A stretch of 64,000 bases of DNA. Source: a phage. The stretch lies in assembly GCA_027262695.1 (NCBI GenBank), contig GCA_027262695.1_4722.1. One strand, 5' to 3'. Below are positions 19,640 to 29,550 of the stretch, piece after piece. Within the stretch, counting starts at the first letter, position 1. Every line of letters begins with the position of its first letter. The notes under the pieces were generated by a model. The model had not been told where the DNA came from. It saw only the letters and a program-made list of their open reading frames with translations, and searched no databases. Made by a program: the position numbers and the translations under genes.

Positions 19640-21718
19640 ATGAGGCTCAAAAACAGTACGCCTCGCGCGATTTTCACGGGCTTTAAAGAGGGTCTCACTA
19701 CGGATCCGGTAACCGCCCCTGAGATCACGCCCATTCACCTCCCGTATGTATACATTCAGGGTGGTCGTGGTAAAGAGGATACCTTGCTTTTAACAGGGGA
19801 CGCCCTGTCCACCGTTTACGGTGACGAAATGTTGAATTACCGTAGTAAGTATGCTTCTCCTGCAACACTGATTGCACGTCAAGCGGCTTCAACCGGTAGC
19901 GCAATTTTCACCAAACGTTTGGTATCACCCGATGCAAAATACGCACGTATTCGTATCGGCGTAGAAGTGGTTGACGATGTTCTTCCGGTATGGCAACGTA
20001 ACCCCGACGGTTCCTATAAAAAGGATCAGGACGGCAACCGTATTCAGGACGGCGACAAAGTCACCAATAAAATCAAAATGCGTTGGGTCGTTAACCACGA
20101 CAAAGACGCTGACTCACCGCATGAATTCGGTAAAGATGAAGCCACTATCGGATCAATGACCGCAACCGCGGACGACGCTCAGAGTAACTACTATCCGATT
20201 CTGGATGGTCTGGTAAGCTGGCGCGGTGAGGAAGGTAACAATATCGGTCTGCGTTTAGAAGCGCCGACCGCATTGAGCAGCAATCCGACCCGTACCGACA
20301 TCATCGAACGCATCGGTGCATTCCTGTACCGCATCCAGTTCGTTGAACGTAAGTCTGCACGTACTGCGCCGACGGTCATCCGTACCATCAGCGGTATGGA
20401 GCAAGAAACGTTCGCATTGCAGACAGGTGTTATCCATCCGGACGACGAGACCGATCTGTCCTTTGATAAAGTCGTTGTTGATGCCTACGAGTACAATGAA
20501 ACGGGGAATACCCCGATCTTTGCACCGATGGATCAACTCCACATTTATCAGAAGAATATCGACGAGCTGACTAAGCGTCTGTATGATGCTGAGAAAGCGG
20601 AAGCCGGAAACCATCTGCTGACCGACGTGGAATTCGTTGAAGGTCAGATGAACATCCTTACCGGTGTTGACTATAACGGTATTCCGTACTACGCGGTGGA
20701 AGTCCTGGATGCAGACGAAGGCGGCGTTATCTTTGATGGCAGCAGCACCTTCTACGCGATCGACGGTAGCGATGGCACCGTTGACTGGGATACCTTCGAT
20801 GCGTTAGCGCAACAGCAGTTCGCGTCGTTCGGTAACATGGGTGAAGACCTGGAAGACATGGCGTATTATCCGTTCTCTATCGTGTACGACATTGGTTACA
20901 AAGTCGATACGAAGAAAGCAATGGCTAATGTCTTGTCCCTGCGTCCAGACGTCATGATCATTGCGTCAACCCATACCTGGAAAGGTGTGGAACTGAACGT
21001 CGACGAAGAAAGCTCCATGGGTGCAATGCTACGTAACTATTACCGCCTGCATCCAGAAAGCGTGCTTTACAACACCCCAGCGTGTCGTGCTGCTGTGTTC
21101 ATGCAGTACGGTGAAAGCATCGAAGCGCCGAGCTTAGGTAAAGTTCCATTAACCATGGAAGTGGCTAACAAGCTGGCAACCTACATGGGTGCTTCCGATG
21201 GGGTTATTCGTGGAACCCGCATCGATAACAACCCTGGTAACGTTGTCACAACGATGCGTAAAATCAACAAGACGTATCGTAACGCAACGGTTCGCGATCG
21301 TGATTGGGAAAACGGTTTGAACTATGTTCAGACTTATAACCGTAATTCCAACTTCTTCCCAGCGTGGGGCACGATATACAACAACGACCGTTCGGTATGG
21401 CGTTCGTTGATCAACGTGATCATCGGTTGCGATCTGACTCGCGTGTGCTATCGTCTCTGGGCAGAAACCACCGGTACAACAGGAATGGATGAAACCCTGT
21501 TCCTGAAACTGATGGGCGAACGCTTCCTGGAATACACCACGGGTCGTTATAACGACCACGTGACTGTTAAGGGACGTTTCTACCTGGATAAAGAAGACGG
21601 TTATAACGGCTTCAGCTATCATGGTGATATTAGCCTGATCGGTGATCCGGGTATGACCGTGGGTACGTTTACCATCACCGGGCTGCGTCGTAACACCGAA
21701 GCAGCTGAAGCGGCGTAA
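19640..21718 (+). CDS. putative tail sheath protein
   Basis: 692 aa from the ATG after an AAGGAGAG RBS; size and the following ~296-aa gene match the myovirus sheath-tube pair; no motif-level proof. Confidence 0.4.
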   Translation: MRLKNSTPRAIFTGFKEGLTTDPVTAPEITPIHLPYVYIQGGRGKEDTLLLTGDALSTVYGDEMLNYRSKYASPATLIARQAASTGSAIFTKRLVSPDAKYARIRIGVEVVDDVLPVWQRNPDGSYKKDQDGNRIQDGDKVTNKIKMRWVVNHDKDADSPHEFGKDEATIGSMTATADDAQSNYYPILDGLVSWRGEEGNNIGLRLEAPTALSSNPTRTDIIERIGAFLYRIQFVERKSARTAPTVIRTISGMEQETFALQTGVIHPDDETDLSFDKVVVDAYEYNETGNTPIFAPMDQLHIYQKNIDELTKRLYDAEKAEAGNHLLTDVEFVEGQMNILTGVDYNGIPYYAVEVLDADEGGVIFDGSSTFYAIDGSDGTVDWDTFDALAQQQFASFGNMGEDLEDMAYYPFSIVYDIGYKVDTKKAMANVLSLRPDVMIIASTHTWKGVELNVDEESSMGAMLRNYYRLHPESVLYNTPACRAAVFMQYGESIEAPSLGKVPLTMEVANKLATYMGASDGVIRGTRIDNNPGNVVTTMRKINKTYRNATVRDRDWENGLNYVQTYNRNSNFFPAWGTIYNNDRSVWRSLINVIIGCDLTRVCYRLWAETTGTTGMDETLFLKLMGERFLEYTTGRYNDHVTVKGRFYLDKEDGYNGFSYHGDISLIGDPGMTVGTFTITGLRRNTEAAEAA

Positions 21719-21733
21719 TGAGAGGAGTCCATA

Positions 21734-22624
21734 ATGCGTCCTGATAATACCCTACTCGGTGAACAGGGTGTTGGTGCTCTTAGCAACGCGGCTATGGTCG
21801 ATATTCGTGCAGGTGCCCAAAACGGGTACATCAGCAATATCGGTACGTACGTTGCTAACGCCAACTACATTCCGAACCAAATGTTCTGCCTCCTGCTGGA
21901 GGCACCACGTGGTTTCAACTACCTGCCTAACCCGGATGTCCAGATCGGCTATCTGAAAGCGCTGGTAGAAGAAGTTGCGCATTCGATTACCGGTCTGCAA
22001 CGTGGACTGGAAGTTGAATTCGTTAGCGTCCCGGTTTCTGGTTCCGGTGAAATCCAGGAAGAAGTCTCTGACGTTAAACGTCCTCGCTCTAACCCGACCT
22101 TCGGGATCTATGAGAAAGAAGGTCGTTCCGTTAGTTACTTCCTGGAACAATGGATCACGTATTTGTTGATGGATCCGGATGCCAAATACCCGATGTTGTC
22201 GTCTATCGTATCCACCGGTGGTCCAACCGACCTGCTGGCGGATTATCGTAGCGCAACAATGCTGTTCGTTGAGCCAGACCGTCAACACAAGAAAGTGGTT
22301 AACGCCTGGCTGTGCACGAACATGATGCCTCACGGTACCGGTGACTGGACATCACGTCGTAATAAGAACGACGCACCGAACGTTGTAGAACTGAGTATTC
22401 AGTTCACCGCGTTAACGCAGACCAACTACGGCGTGCGTGCATTTGCACAACGTCTGCTGGATAAGATGAACCTGCTCAAAGTTAACCCGGATTTCCGTCC
22501 GGCTTACTTAAGCGATATCGATCCGGCTGTTGCTGCACAGAAGGTGGGTTATACCTTCGACTTTGATAACAACGATACCTTCGAGGTACCGAGCGCTTAT
22601 CAAAACGTAACACCTCGCGTGTAA
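21734..22624 (+). CDS. putative tail tube protein
   Basis: 296 aa immediately after the sheath candidate, followed by a strong terminator; call by context only. Confidence 0.3.
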   Translation: MRPDNTLLGEQGVGALSNAAMVDIRAGAQNGYISNIGTYVANANYIPNQMFCLLLEAPRGFNYLPNPDVQIGYLKALVEEVAHSITGLQRGLEVEFVSVPVSGSGEIQEEVSDVKRPRSNPTFGIYEKEGRSVSYFLEQWITYLLMDPDAKYPMLSSIVSTGGPTDLLADYRSATMLFVEPDRQHKKVVNAWLCTNMMPHGTGDWTSRRNKNDAPNVVELSIQFTALTQTNYGVRAFAQRLLDKMNLLKVNPDFRPAYLSDIDPAVAAQKVGYTFDFDNNDTFEVPSAYQNVTPRV

Positions 22625-22644
22625 CGTAAAAAAAAAAAATATTA

Positions 22645-22684
22645 CATCCTCCTTCCCTAGCCATCAGGCCGGGGAAGGAGGATT
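22645..22684. terminator. bidirectional rho-independent terminator
   Basis: ATCCTCCTTCCC...GGGAAGGAGGAT hairpin flanked by an A12 run upstream and a T-rich run downstream, between convergent genes. Confidence 0.6.
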
Positions 22685-22693
22685 ATGGTTTAT

Positions 22694-23233
22694 TTACTGT
22701 TGGTTCTTAGCTTCACGAATGAAAATGACATCAGGGTATTCTTGGGATTCAATGAATTCAGGATTACGATAACGACGAATATGACGCATCGTCGTACAGG
22801 CAAGTTTGTAAAGGTGTTCCTCCTCACGTTGGGTTAACAACATCAATTGCGCATCAGGGATCACAAAAGGAAGCCTCTCATTCACGTATTCTCGCAGATC
22901 ATCGAGATCGTCATGATGTATCCCCTCTGAGAGTTTGTAGAGCGCTTCTAATAGCTCCAAACCACCGAACTGGTAGCTTCCTATTGTTGTTTTAAACAAT
23001 GCGCCAGAACGCGTGGTGGATGCCCTATCGGCAACATCGTACTGTTCTAGCATATAACCATAAACCATGCTGCGTTTATCTAGCGTATCCTTAACGAGAT
23101 TACGCCATCGTTCTAACCTTTCGAGTGCCTTGTCGATAGAATAGACGATCATACCGTGCTCATCTAACTCTTCGGCGATACCCAGAAGTTCTGTATCGTT
23201 AGGTTTTGCAGCACCGATAAGAAAAACGCTCAT
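22694..23233 (-). CDS. hypothetical protein
   Basis: ORF track, 179 aa. Confidence 0.55.
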   Translation of the reverse strand: MSVFLIGAAKPNDTELLGIAEELDEHGMIVYSIDKALERLERWRNLVKDTLDKRSMVYGYMLEQYDVADRASTTRSGALFKTTIGSYQFGGLELLEALYKLSEGIHHDDLDDLREYVNERLPFVIPDAQLMLLTQREEEHLYKLACTTMRHIRRYRNPEFIESQEYPDVIFIREAKNQQ

Positions 23234-23646
23234 TACTCAAACTCCTTATTCCAAAACTCGATTAATGAATCGAGCTGTTCCTTACTGGTTATCTCACCCC
23301 CTCTAACAAAATGGAATCGTTCTTGGATTGCGATCTTTTCAAGAATGTCGGTGAGTAAGTGACGGTGACAGAAACTCCCTGCCGGACAGTAACACCCTAA
23401 CACAACAACTGGATGGGAAAATAACGCCAGCCATGACGGGGTGTTTTCAACGAAGCTTTTACGCATCATCGCGTAAAAGCCTGCTGTGTATTCATCCTCG
23501 GTTAACGTTTTTGATTTGATTCCGGTAACAAGCTCCCATGAGGGTGCAAAAAGCGGGTTACCTGTTTTCACCGTCGTGTCCAGTAGGAACGCTCGTGTGT
23601 CTGAAAGCCAACGGTATTTGGCTAATTGAAGGGTATATAAAAACAC
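23233..23646 (-). CDS. DUF488-family protein
   Basis: 137 aa; FAPSWEL ... VVVLGCYCPAGSFCHRHLL matches the DUF488 (YeaO-like) pattern APSxxL...LLCxC...CHR. Confidence 0.5.
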   Translation of the reverse strand: MFLYTLQLAKYRWLSDTRAFLLDTTVKTGNPLFAPSWELVTGIKSKTLTEDEYTAGFYAMMRKSFVENTPSWLALFSHPVVVLGCYCPAGSFCHRHLLTDILEKIAIQERFHFVRGGEITSKEQLDSLIEFWNKEFE

Positions 23647-23688
23647 AGCGCTAACCCCAAAGGATAAAAATAAAACCGTAACATAGCC

Positions 23689-23719
23689 ACCACCGCAACC
23701 CCATGACAGGGCTACGGTG
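23689..23719 (-). terminator. possible terminator hairpin
   Basis: CCACCG...CGGTGG stem; on the minus strand a T-rich run follows after a ~14-nt spacer; weak. Confidence 0.25.
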
Positions 23720-23752
23720 GGGTTTATACAGAGAGACGAGTTAAATTACAAA

Positions 23753-24232
23753 TTAGCCTTTCAGCAGCTCAGCGGCATATGCACTGATGTTATCGCGAAT
23801 ATGCTTAACCTGAGTTGTTGGGAAGGATTTCTTATACGCGGTAGTCAGACGTCCGTAAACCTGTTTCTTCTCGTTAGAACCGAAACCAACTTCAGCGCTA
23901 CGTTGAACGGTTGCTGATACAACGTCTTTACCCAGCGGCAGCGTAACAGAAACAACGTCAACCTGCTTGTTGTCTGCCATGAACTGCGCACCAACGCGAC
24001 CTACTGCCAGACCATGAGCCAGACCGATGTCTGTTGTCAGTTTCTGTGCTTTTTCCAGGATTTCTTTTTCTTCTGGTGTTACCAGCGTACCAATGAAATC
24101 ACTGCCCAGCTTCTGGCTACCTGATTCGTCCAGTTTGAGACCAGCAGCGATTTTATCAGAAAGAGCCTGAACTTCCGGACGTACGTTAGAAGTGGTTTCA
24201 GTCGCTACGGTGGTTTCTACAGCTTCAGACAT
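23753..24232 (-). CDS. hypothetical protein (Ala/Val/Thr-rich)
   Basis: ORF 23753..24265 trimmed to Met 12 (MSEAVETT), which has a GGAG RBS. Confidence 0.55.
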   Translation of the reverse strand: MSEAVETTVATETTSNVRPEVQALSDKIAAGLKLDESGSQKLGSDFIGTLVTPEEKEILEKAQKLTTDIGLAHGLAVGRVGAQFMADNKQVDVVSVTLPLGKDVVSATVQRSAEVGFGSNEKKQVYGRLTTAYKKSFPTTQVKHIRDNISAYAAELLKG

Positions 24233-24367
24233 GTTAATACTCCAATTAGTTTTTCGATCGATCAAAAGGATAAAATCAGAAGATTCATTTCTTCATAGGG
24301 AAAACACAAGTCGGTTAAGGTTTACTTCTCAAACTCCTTGCGTTCTATCAGTTAGGTAATATAGACC

Positions 24368-25165
24368 TCAACTTTTTTCCAATAATGTCGCAACGGAACG
24401 GGCGAATCGGATAACCTTGTAGTTGCGTGTCTGTGTGACATCTTCCCCATCGCTGTCCTCTTCGGACGGATCTTCCCACGTGAACTCTTGTTCCTCCGCT
24501 TTCTGGAGGTAACGATACAACTGCACCATACTGCGGGCTGTCGGAGAGATCGCTTGAAGTTCAGTTAAGTCATCTTCCGTCAACAACACGTGCGGTGAAC
24601 GCAGCGGTTCCATCGTGGTATTGCATAACAGACGAATCAGAAGATCCACGCATGGAATAATCGAACCTGGTGACGCGATTTCAGGATGCAGCGTATACTG
24701 CCAATATACGGTGTTGTAATACGTCAATACCGCAGGTAACGACGGGTGTTCCATTACACGTGCGATTTGCTGTCTTACGATAGAAGCGCGATCATTCAGA
24801 ACATCAAGCGTGATCTGTTGTGGTTCCATCACCGCCATTGAAATGCCGTATGCGTCAGCCACGCCCAGGATTTCATGAAGGGACTGACGTTCTTCTTCAA
24901 CAGATGTTGTTCCAACGGCTTTACGTCCAGCCAGCTCAATAAGCATGGGTGTAACGGTCTCTTTAACCGCGTTAAAAGAAGCCTGGTAAGCATGCTTGTG
25001 GAGATACAACGTCCAGGCTAATGCACGTTCTGCCGTATGCAGAAGATCAACATAAGACAGATCTTGATAACAAGGTCCGTATACGCTTACGGCAAGCTTG
25101 GTGGCTTTCTCGGATGCAGCCATAATAGCATCTGGTGATTTAGGCATATCGCGTTCTTCTTGCAT
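24368..25165 (-). CDS. hypothetical protein
   Basis: ORF track, 265 aa. Confidence 0.6.
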   Translation of the reverse strand: MQEERDMPKSPDAIMAASEKATKLAVSVYGPCYQDLSYVDLLHTAERALAWTLYLHKHAYQASFNAVKETVTPMLIELAGRKAVGTTSVEEERQSLHEILGVADAYGISMAVMEPQQITLDVLNDRASIVRQQIARVMEHPSLPAVLTYYNTVYWQYTLHPEIASPGSIIPCVDLLIRLLCNTTMEPLRSPHVLLTEDDLTELQAISPTARSMVQLYRYLQKAEEQEFTWEDPSEEDSDGEDVTQTRNYKVIRFARSVATLLEKS

Positions 25166-25273
25166 CTTTTTAATTCCTACTCAACAAAAGGTTCATGTTC
25201 GACATCACGTGTCATGTATCCGTAGAATAATGAGTCCTGGTAAGCTTTTACATCAAAAGGCGGCATAAAAAGT

Positions 25274-25302
25274 ACCTCCTCACCCACAAGGGGCAAGGAG
25301 GT
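25274..25302 (-). terminator. terminator hairpin followed by TTTTTATGCCG (minus strand)
   Basis: Minus strand: ACCTCCTTGCCCCTTGTGGGTGAGGAGGT then ACTTTTTATGCCG; downstream of gene 25450..26259. Confidence 0.5.
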
Positions 25303-25449
25303 TCGTCCATCACGACGGAAGGACGTTATGTGACGCGGTGTCCATAACGGCCCTGGTAGCAGGCATTAAAGATAACAAAAAGGATGTAAGTTGAGCTAAA
25401 CCACCTAAATACGGTAACGATGACTTCCGTACACAATATACTGCAACAC

Positions 25450-26259
25450 TTACCACTGATTAAAGCTTCCTGCTTTAACGACGTCGCAACGCAGATGGTT
25501 ACGTAATTGATCCAGGAAGACAACCGGGCTATCGCCGGATAGCATGGTCAGGGCGTGCTGCCCACCGGAACGAACAACCAGCTCATCAACCATCGGTGCG
25601 GTAATCGGAAGATCGTACGCATCCATGATGGCTTTAGCTTCCTGTTCGAGGTCTTTCTGGAAGCCTTCCATCGTCGGAGAGTCGTATTTGGTTGCAAACT
25701 CGATCCCAGGTAAGTTGACATAATCGTACGTCATAACGCGGGTCATTACACGACGTCGCTCACGTTGCCAAATCTGAGGATCGGTTAACGCACGTACTGA
25801 AAAACACACGTTCACCAACGGCGTTTCAAAGTCTTTACGTAACGCATCGCCATACGGACCACAAGGAATAACATCCCCCATCACCATCACGACAGGACGA
25901 CCGCGACGATCGCGTCCCGATTCCTCTAACCAAATCTTAGAAAAGCAATGGCTTACCTTGGTTTCTTCGATTCGTAACGCACGCTGTAAAAAACTGGTTG
26001 CGTCCTGCCCAACTTCTGGTTTCGGATGACCGTACTCACCTTTCAATGAACGGTTACGTGCGTTCGTTTGCAACAAGCTGTTTTCTAAGAACAGCGGTTT
26101 CGAACGTTCAAGTTCGTAATATTCTTCGGTATTGTTAAAGCAGTTAAATCCGCCTATGACACAGGTGTAGGCACCGTCGGCGTTAGGACGGATAATGCCT
26201 TTCTTATTCACACCAAGATAACTGGTGCAAACAAGATTACTAATTGGTGGTTGCATCAT
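25450..26259 (-). CDS. hypothetical protein
   Basis: ORF track, 269 aa. Confidence 0.6.
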   Translation of the reverse strand: MMQPPISNLVCTSYLGVNKKGIIRPNADGAYTCVIGGFNCFNNTEEYYELERSKPLFLENSLLQTNARNRSLKGEYGHPKPEVGQDATSFLQRALRIEETKVSHCFSKIWLEESGRDRRGRPVVMVMGDVIPCGPYGDALRKDFETPLVNVCFSVRALTDPQIWQRERRRVMTRVMTYDYVNLPGIEFATKYDSPTMEGFQKDLEQEAKAIMDAYDLPITAPMVDELVVRSGGQHALTMLSGDSPVVFLDQLRNHLRCDVVKAGSFNQW

Positions 26260-26292
26260 AACCCCTTAATAAGCAACTAAATGAAAACACGA

Positions 26293-27024
26293 TTACCACG
26301 CATACGATCCAGCGCTTTGATGTCCTAAAAGGACTAACGCATCATCTTTAGCAGCCAGGTATTTATCCATTGTAATTTTCGTTACCGACACATTGGAAAA
26401 ATCCATAACCCCCAATCGATGATCGTAATGGTTAATTTGCATTCGGTAATACCCTTTCTTTACAACCAGGAACTCACCTTGACGCAACCATAACGGAACA
26501 TCATCGACTTCCGCATGAATGTAGAACACAGGACACTCTGTCGATACGGAGCTGTCTTTTCCGTCTTTGTCCTTGATCTTACCTTTGGGTATAGCCGCAA
26601 TAAAACATTCGCCAATACGCTTGGTGTGATAACCTTCCGGGTATCGTGGGTCGTGAAATAACCAATGTTCGTCACTGATATCAACATCAGATAACAGCGT
26701 ACGATGAGGACGTAATGCAAGATCGAATGGAACCCGATAGATGACATACCCGCCCAACCAGTGCGCGAGATTACCACCGGAATAGTACTGCTTAATGGCG
26801 GTGCTATAACCGTATATGCAACCCATCAGGCTGCTGGATACACAAATCCGTGGAAATGAACCATCCTCCATTCTCAAGGTACGCTGAGGAATACGAGGTG
26901 TCATCGTTTTCAATTCGGTATCGGTGCTGATGTGTAATAAGCCGAACGGTAACGTTCTGCTGGGTACCCACGCACAGCGTTCCATAATTGCTCTTGGGAC
27001 AATTGTCTCGATAGCCGATAACAT
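26293..27024 (-). CDS. hypothetical protein
   Basis: ORF track, 243 aa. Confidence 0.6.
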   Translation of the reverse strand: MLSAIETIVPRAIMERCAWVPSRTLPFGLLHISTDTELKTMTPRIPQRTLRMEDGSFPRICVSSSLMGCIYGYSTAIKQYYSGGNLAHWLGGYVIYRVPFDLALRPHRTLLSDVDISDEHWLFHDPRYPEGYHTKRIGECFIAAIPKGKIKDKDGKDSSVSTECPVFYIHAEVDDVPLWLRQGEFLVVKKGYYRMQINHYDHRLGVMDFSNVSVTKITMDKYLAAKDDALVLLGHQSAGSYAW

Positions 27025-27025
27025 A

Positions 27026-27736
27026 TTACCCCCTCAGAATCGCTTCTGTTTCGCTGATCGTATCCGCAGGATAAACCAAACTACTGTCGATGGCGTTATT
27101 GACGTAACCACCCATTAAGTTGGTGATGGTGTTTGTACCGCTATCGATGATGTTTCGTAATCCGATATCGATGGCTTTTAACGTACTGCGTTCCTCATCA
27201 GAAAGCAAACGCCAGGCTCGACGACGGTCGTTGGGATCACGCGTGGTGATAGACGCCAGAACAGAATAAATGCTGCTGTCTGCGTTCAGCTTAACCCCAG
27301 CTAATTTTGCAGAGGTATACAACAACTGATATTTCTCTTTCTCGGTGTACCACCATGGCACCTTACCGAGTGTATAGATCTCGTTATACATCAACCAAGG
27401 AAAAGAGTTGCGCATAACAACATCGGTCGATACCAACACGGTATCACCTGGAAGAAAGACAAATTCATAAAACGGTTGACCATCCATGGTAATCTCACGG
27501 ATGTCGGACGGGTCGATATGGAGCTGGGTCAATGCGTGGCTGACACCATACTGACCATCGGGAAGAATAATCGGGCAGCACGCACAAACCCGGTTCTCAC
27601 TCCCGATGATAGATAAACCCAATCCCTCGTAACGGACGGGTGTCAGAATCGAACACCCGCCACGAGTAACAACAGATTTATCTTCTTGTATGTCCCAGTC
27701 CGCAAGCACCGCAGCACCGTTGCGGACAAGCGCCAT
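27026..27736 (-). CDS. hypothetical protein
   Basis: ORF track, 236 aa. Confidence 0.6.
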   Translation of the reverse strand: MALVRNGAAVLADWDIQEDKSVVTRGGCSILTPVRYEGLGLSIIGSENRVCACCPIILPDGQYGVSHALTQLHIDPSDIREITMDGQPFYEFVFLPGDTVLVSTDVVMRNSFPWLMYNEIYTLGKVPWWYTEKEKYQLLYTSAKLAGVKLNADSSIYSVLASITTRDPNDRRRAWRLLSDEERSTLKAIDIGLRNIIDSGTNTITNLMGGYVNNAIDSSLVYPADTISETEAILRG

Positions 27737-29257
27737 TTACACCTCGCTAATCTGGATAACGTAAAGCTGCTGGGCCACGTAATCGGTGGTCAGATGCATC
27801 GTTGCGATCGTTGCAGCTTCGAAAACGGTAAGCTCCGGACGTTCGCGCATGATCAAATCGATCTCGTCGATCAAACGGTTAACGCCCTGGGCGTCTTCAT
27901 GATGCATGACTTTGACGTATAGCGTACGGAAGTATTGCTGGAAGTTAGCCACGTCGGTATCGGTCAGATTAGCCACTTCACCACGCACGATTTCCAACAC
28001 TTTCTTACGGGTGTCTTCATCAAGGTCTACCGTAATCAAATCAGCAAATACGCCTTGCAGCGCCAACGCGTATGCGCGTAAGCGGTTTGCAGCTTGCTGG
28101 CTGGCTTTCATGTTAATATAATTACGATAGTGCTGCATGAAGCCTGCACCGTTCGCTAACAGTTCATCTTTGCTGATGAGTTCACGTTCCAACAGAACCG
28201 CTGCGGTTAATGCTTCTGGTGATCCACCTTCTTGCAGATAACTCATGTAGACGTCAGCATTCACGAAGATCGTCATCGTTGATGCATCTTCGGCGCGTTG
28301 AATCTGAGACACGGATGGCGCAGAAAGAATCAGTTCGCCACGCTCCATACGCAGGATACGATCACGACCAATACGTGCCATCCCGTTGATCGCTGCACTA
28401 CGGGCCTGTTGCATCTTCGCACGATAGTTCTCGAGCATCATGTCGTTACCGTCCTGGATATCTTCCAGTAGGTTAACCGCCCACATATAGCAGAGGAAAG
28501 CCGGTGTTGCAGCAGCACGTGAACCCTGGAAGGCGACGTTGTCGCTATCTGGATACGTGATCAGGAAAACGTTGTTGGTAGCGGACGCCGAACCACGGAA
28601 GAAATGATTGTAAATATCTTCCAGTGCTTGATCGCTCATTCCTTCGGTCGCTTGCTGTACGAAACGATCCAGGTTTTCATTACCGGTATACAACAAATTG
28701 CGGAGTTTGTCGCCGGTGATATAAGCCAGCTTCTCGGTTGGGGTAAATTCATTGTTAACATCGATCAGGCCGTTAAGGTTATACTCGCCCACCAACGCCT
28801 GATATTCTTCAGAGTTATAAAACTCAGGATAGTAACTCAAACTTACTGTCGGGATCAGTTTAGGTGCCAGGATGATCGCGTCGATGCGTTTCTCCAGTTC
28901 CGGGTACAAGGCACGGCATTTCGGCAGGATGGTATTACGTGCCAGCTCTTTGGCATACACCACCTTTTCCACCACGTCTTGAACTGCGGTCTGTAGAACT
29001 TCATCATGGATATAAACCTCGCGTTCACCAGCAGGTCGTACGGCACCGTCCTCGGTTTCATCAAGGGTTTCAGCGACCATCACACGCTCAGCACTCAGCT
29101 GTACTAACGCATCAGCATCTTCTGGCGGTTGGTTCCAATGCATGGTTTCACAAACCGCAGCAAGCGGGGTACCTGGAATTGCTGCAACGATTTGATTGCG
29201 TTTAATAAACCCTTCAACGATCGGCTCAACAGCATAAACGGTTTTATTGGTAATCAT
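27737..29257 (-). CDS. hypothetical protein
   Basis: ORF track, 506 aa; start overlaps the upstream stop. Confidence 0.6.
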   Translation of the reverse strand: MITNKTVYAVEPIVEGFIKRNQIVAAIPGTPLAAVCETMHWNQPPEDADALVQLSAERVMVAETLDETEDGAVRPAGEREVYIHDEVLQTAVQDVVEKVVYAKELARNTILPKCRALYPELEKRIDAIILAPKLIPTVSLSYYPEFYNSEEYQALVGEYNLNGLIDVNNEFTPTEKLAYITGDKLRNLLYTGNENLDRFVQQATEGMSDQALEDIYNHFFRGSASATNNVFLITYPDSDNVAFQGSRAAATPAFLCYMWAVNLLEDIQDGNDMMLENYRAKMQQARSAAINGMARIGRDRILRMERGELILSAPSVSQIQRAEDASTMTIFVNADVYMSYLQEGGSPEALTAAVLLERELISKDELLANGAGFMQHYRNYINMKASQQAANRLRAYALALQGVFADLITVDLDEDTRKKVLEIVRGEVANLTDTDVANFQQYFRTLYVKVMHHEDAQGVNRLIDEIDLIMRERPELTVFEAATIATMHLTTDYVAQQLYVIQISEV

Positions 29258-29490
29258 TACTGCGCTCCCTCCAACGCGTTATTACGTACCGGCTCTTTGG
29301 TTTCCAGACGGCTGTTCAAGCGCGCAGCAACCGCATCTTCCAATCCCAACGGCATAACCTTTTTATTCACATCAGGATCCGCTGCATCGTTACCGACGGT
29401 CTGACGGACGACCTCAGCAACCAACGTTACCGCGTTCGTCAGCGCAACAAAGCTCGCTGCCCGAGCCGTATTAAGTTGTTCTTGGTTCAT
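29257..29490 (-). CDS. hypothetical small protein
   Basis: ORF track, 77 aa; AGGAA RBS. Confidence 0.5.
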   Translation of the reverse strand: MNQEQLNTARAASFVALTNAVTLVAEVVRQTVGNDAADPDVNKKVMPLGLEDAVAARLNSRLETKEPVRNNALEGAQ

Positions 29491-29524
29491 TCACTTTTCC
29501 TTTACCACGTTCAGCGAAATAAAT

Positions 29525-29550
29525 GAGCAGGGGCATAACGCCCCTTGCTC
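29525..29550 (-). terminator. terminator hairpin after the RNAP beta 3' exon
   Basis: GAGCAGGGGC...GCCCCTTGCTC; on the minus strand followed by ATTTATTTCG. Confidence 0.5.

Noticed and set aside
19546-19734. 62-aa minus-strand ORF
   Set aside because: Sits in the divergent promoter region and overlaps the start of the sheath candidate on the opposite strand.
25326-25523. 65-aa minus-strand ORF
   Set aside because: Overlaps the 3' end of gene 25450..26259 and the terminator region; low-complexity translation.
27737-29490. Possible RNAP beta C-terminal continuation directly downstream of the beta 3' exon
   Set aside because: A terminator follows the exon at 29525..29550, and the next proteins show none of the beta C-terminal motifs I could recall; the beta C-terminal segment is probably encoded elsewhere, as in other split phage RNAPs.
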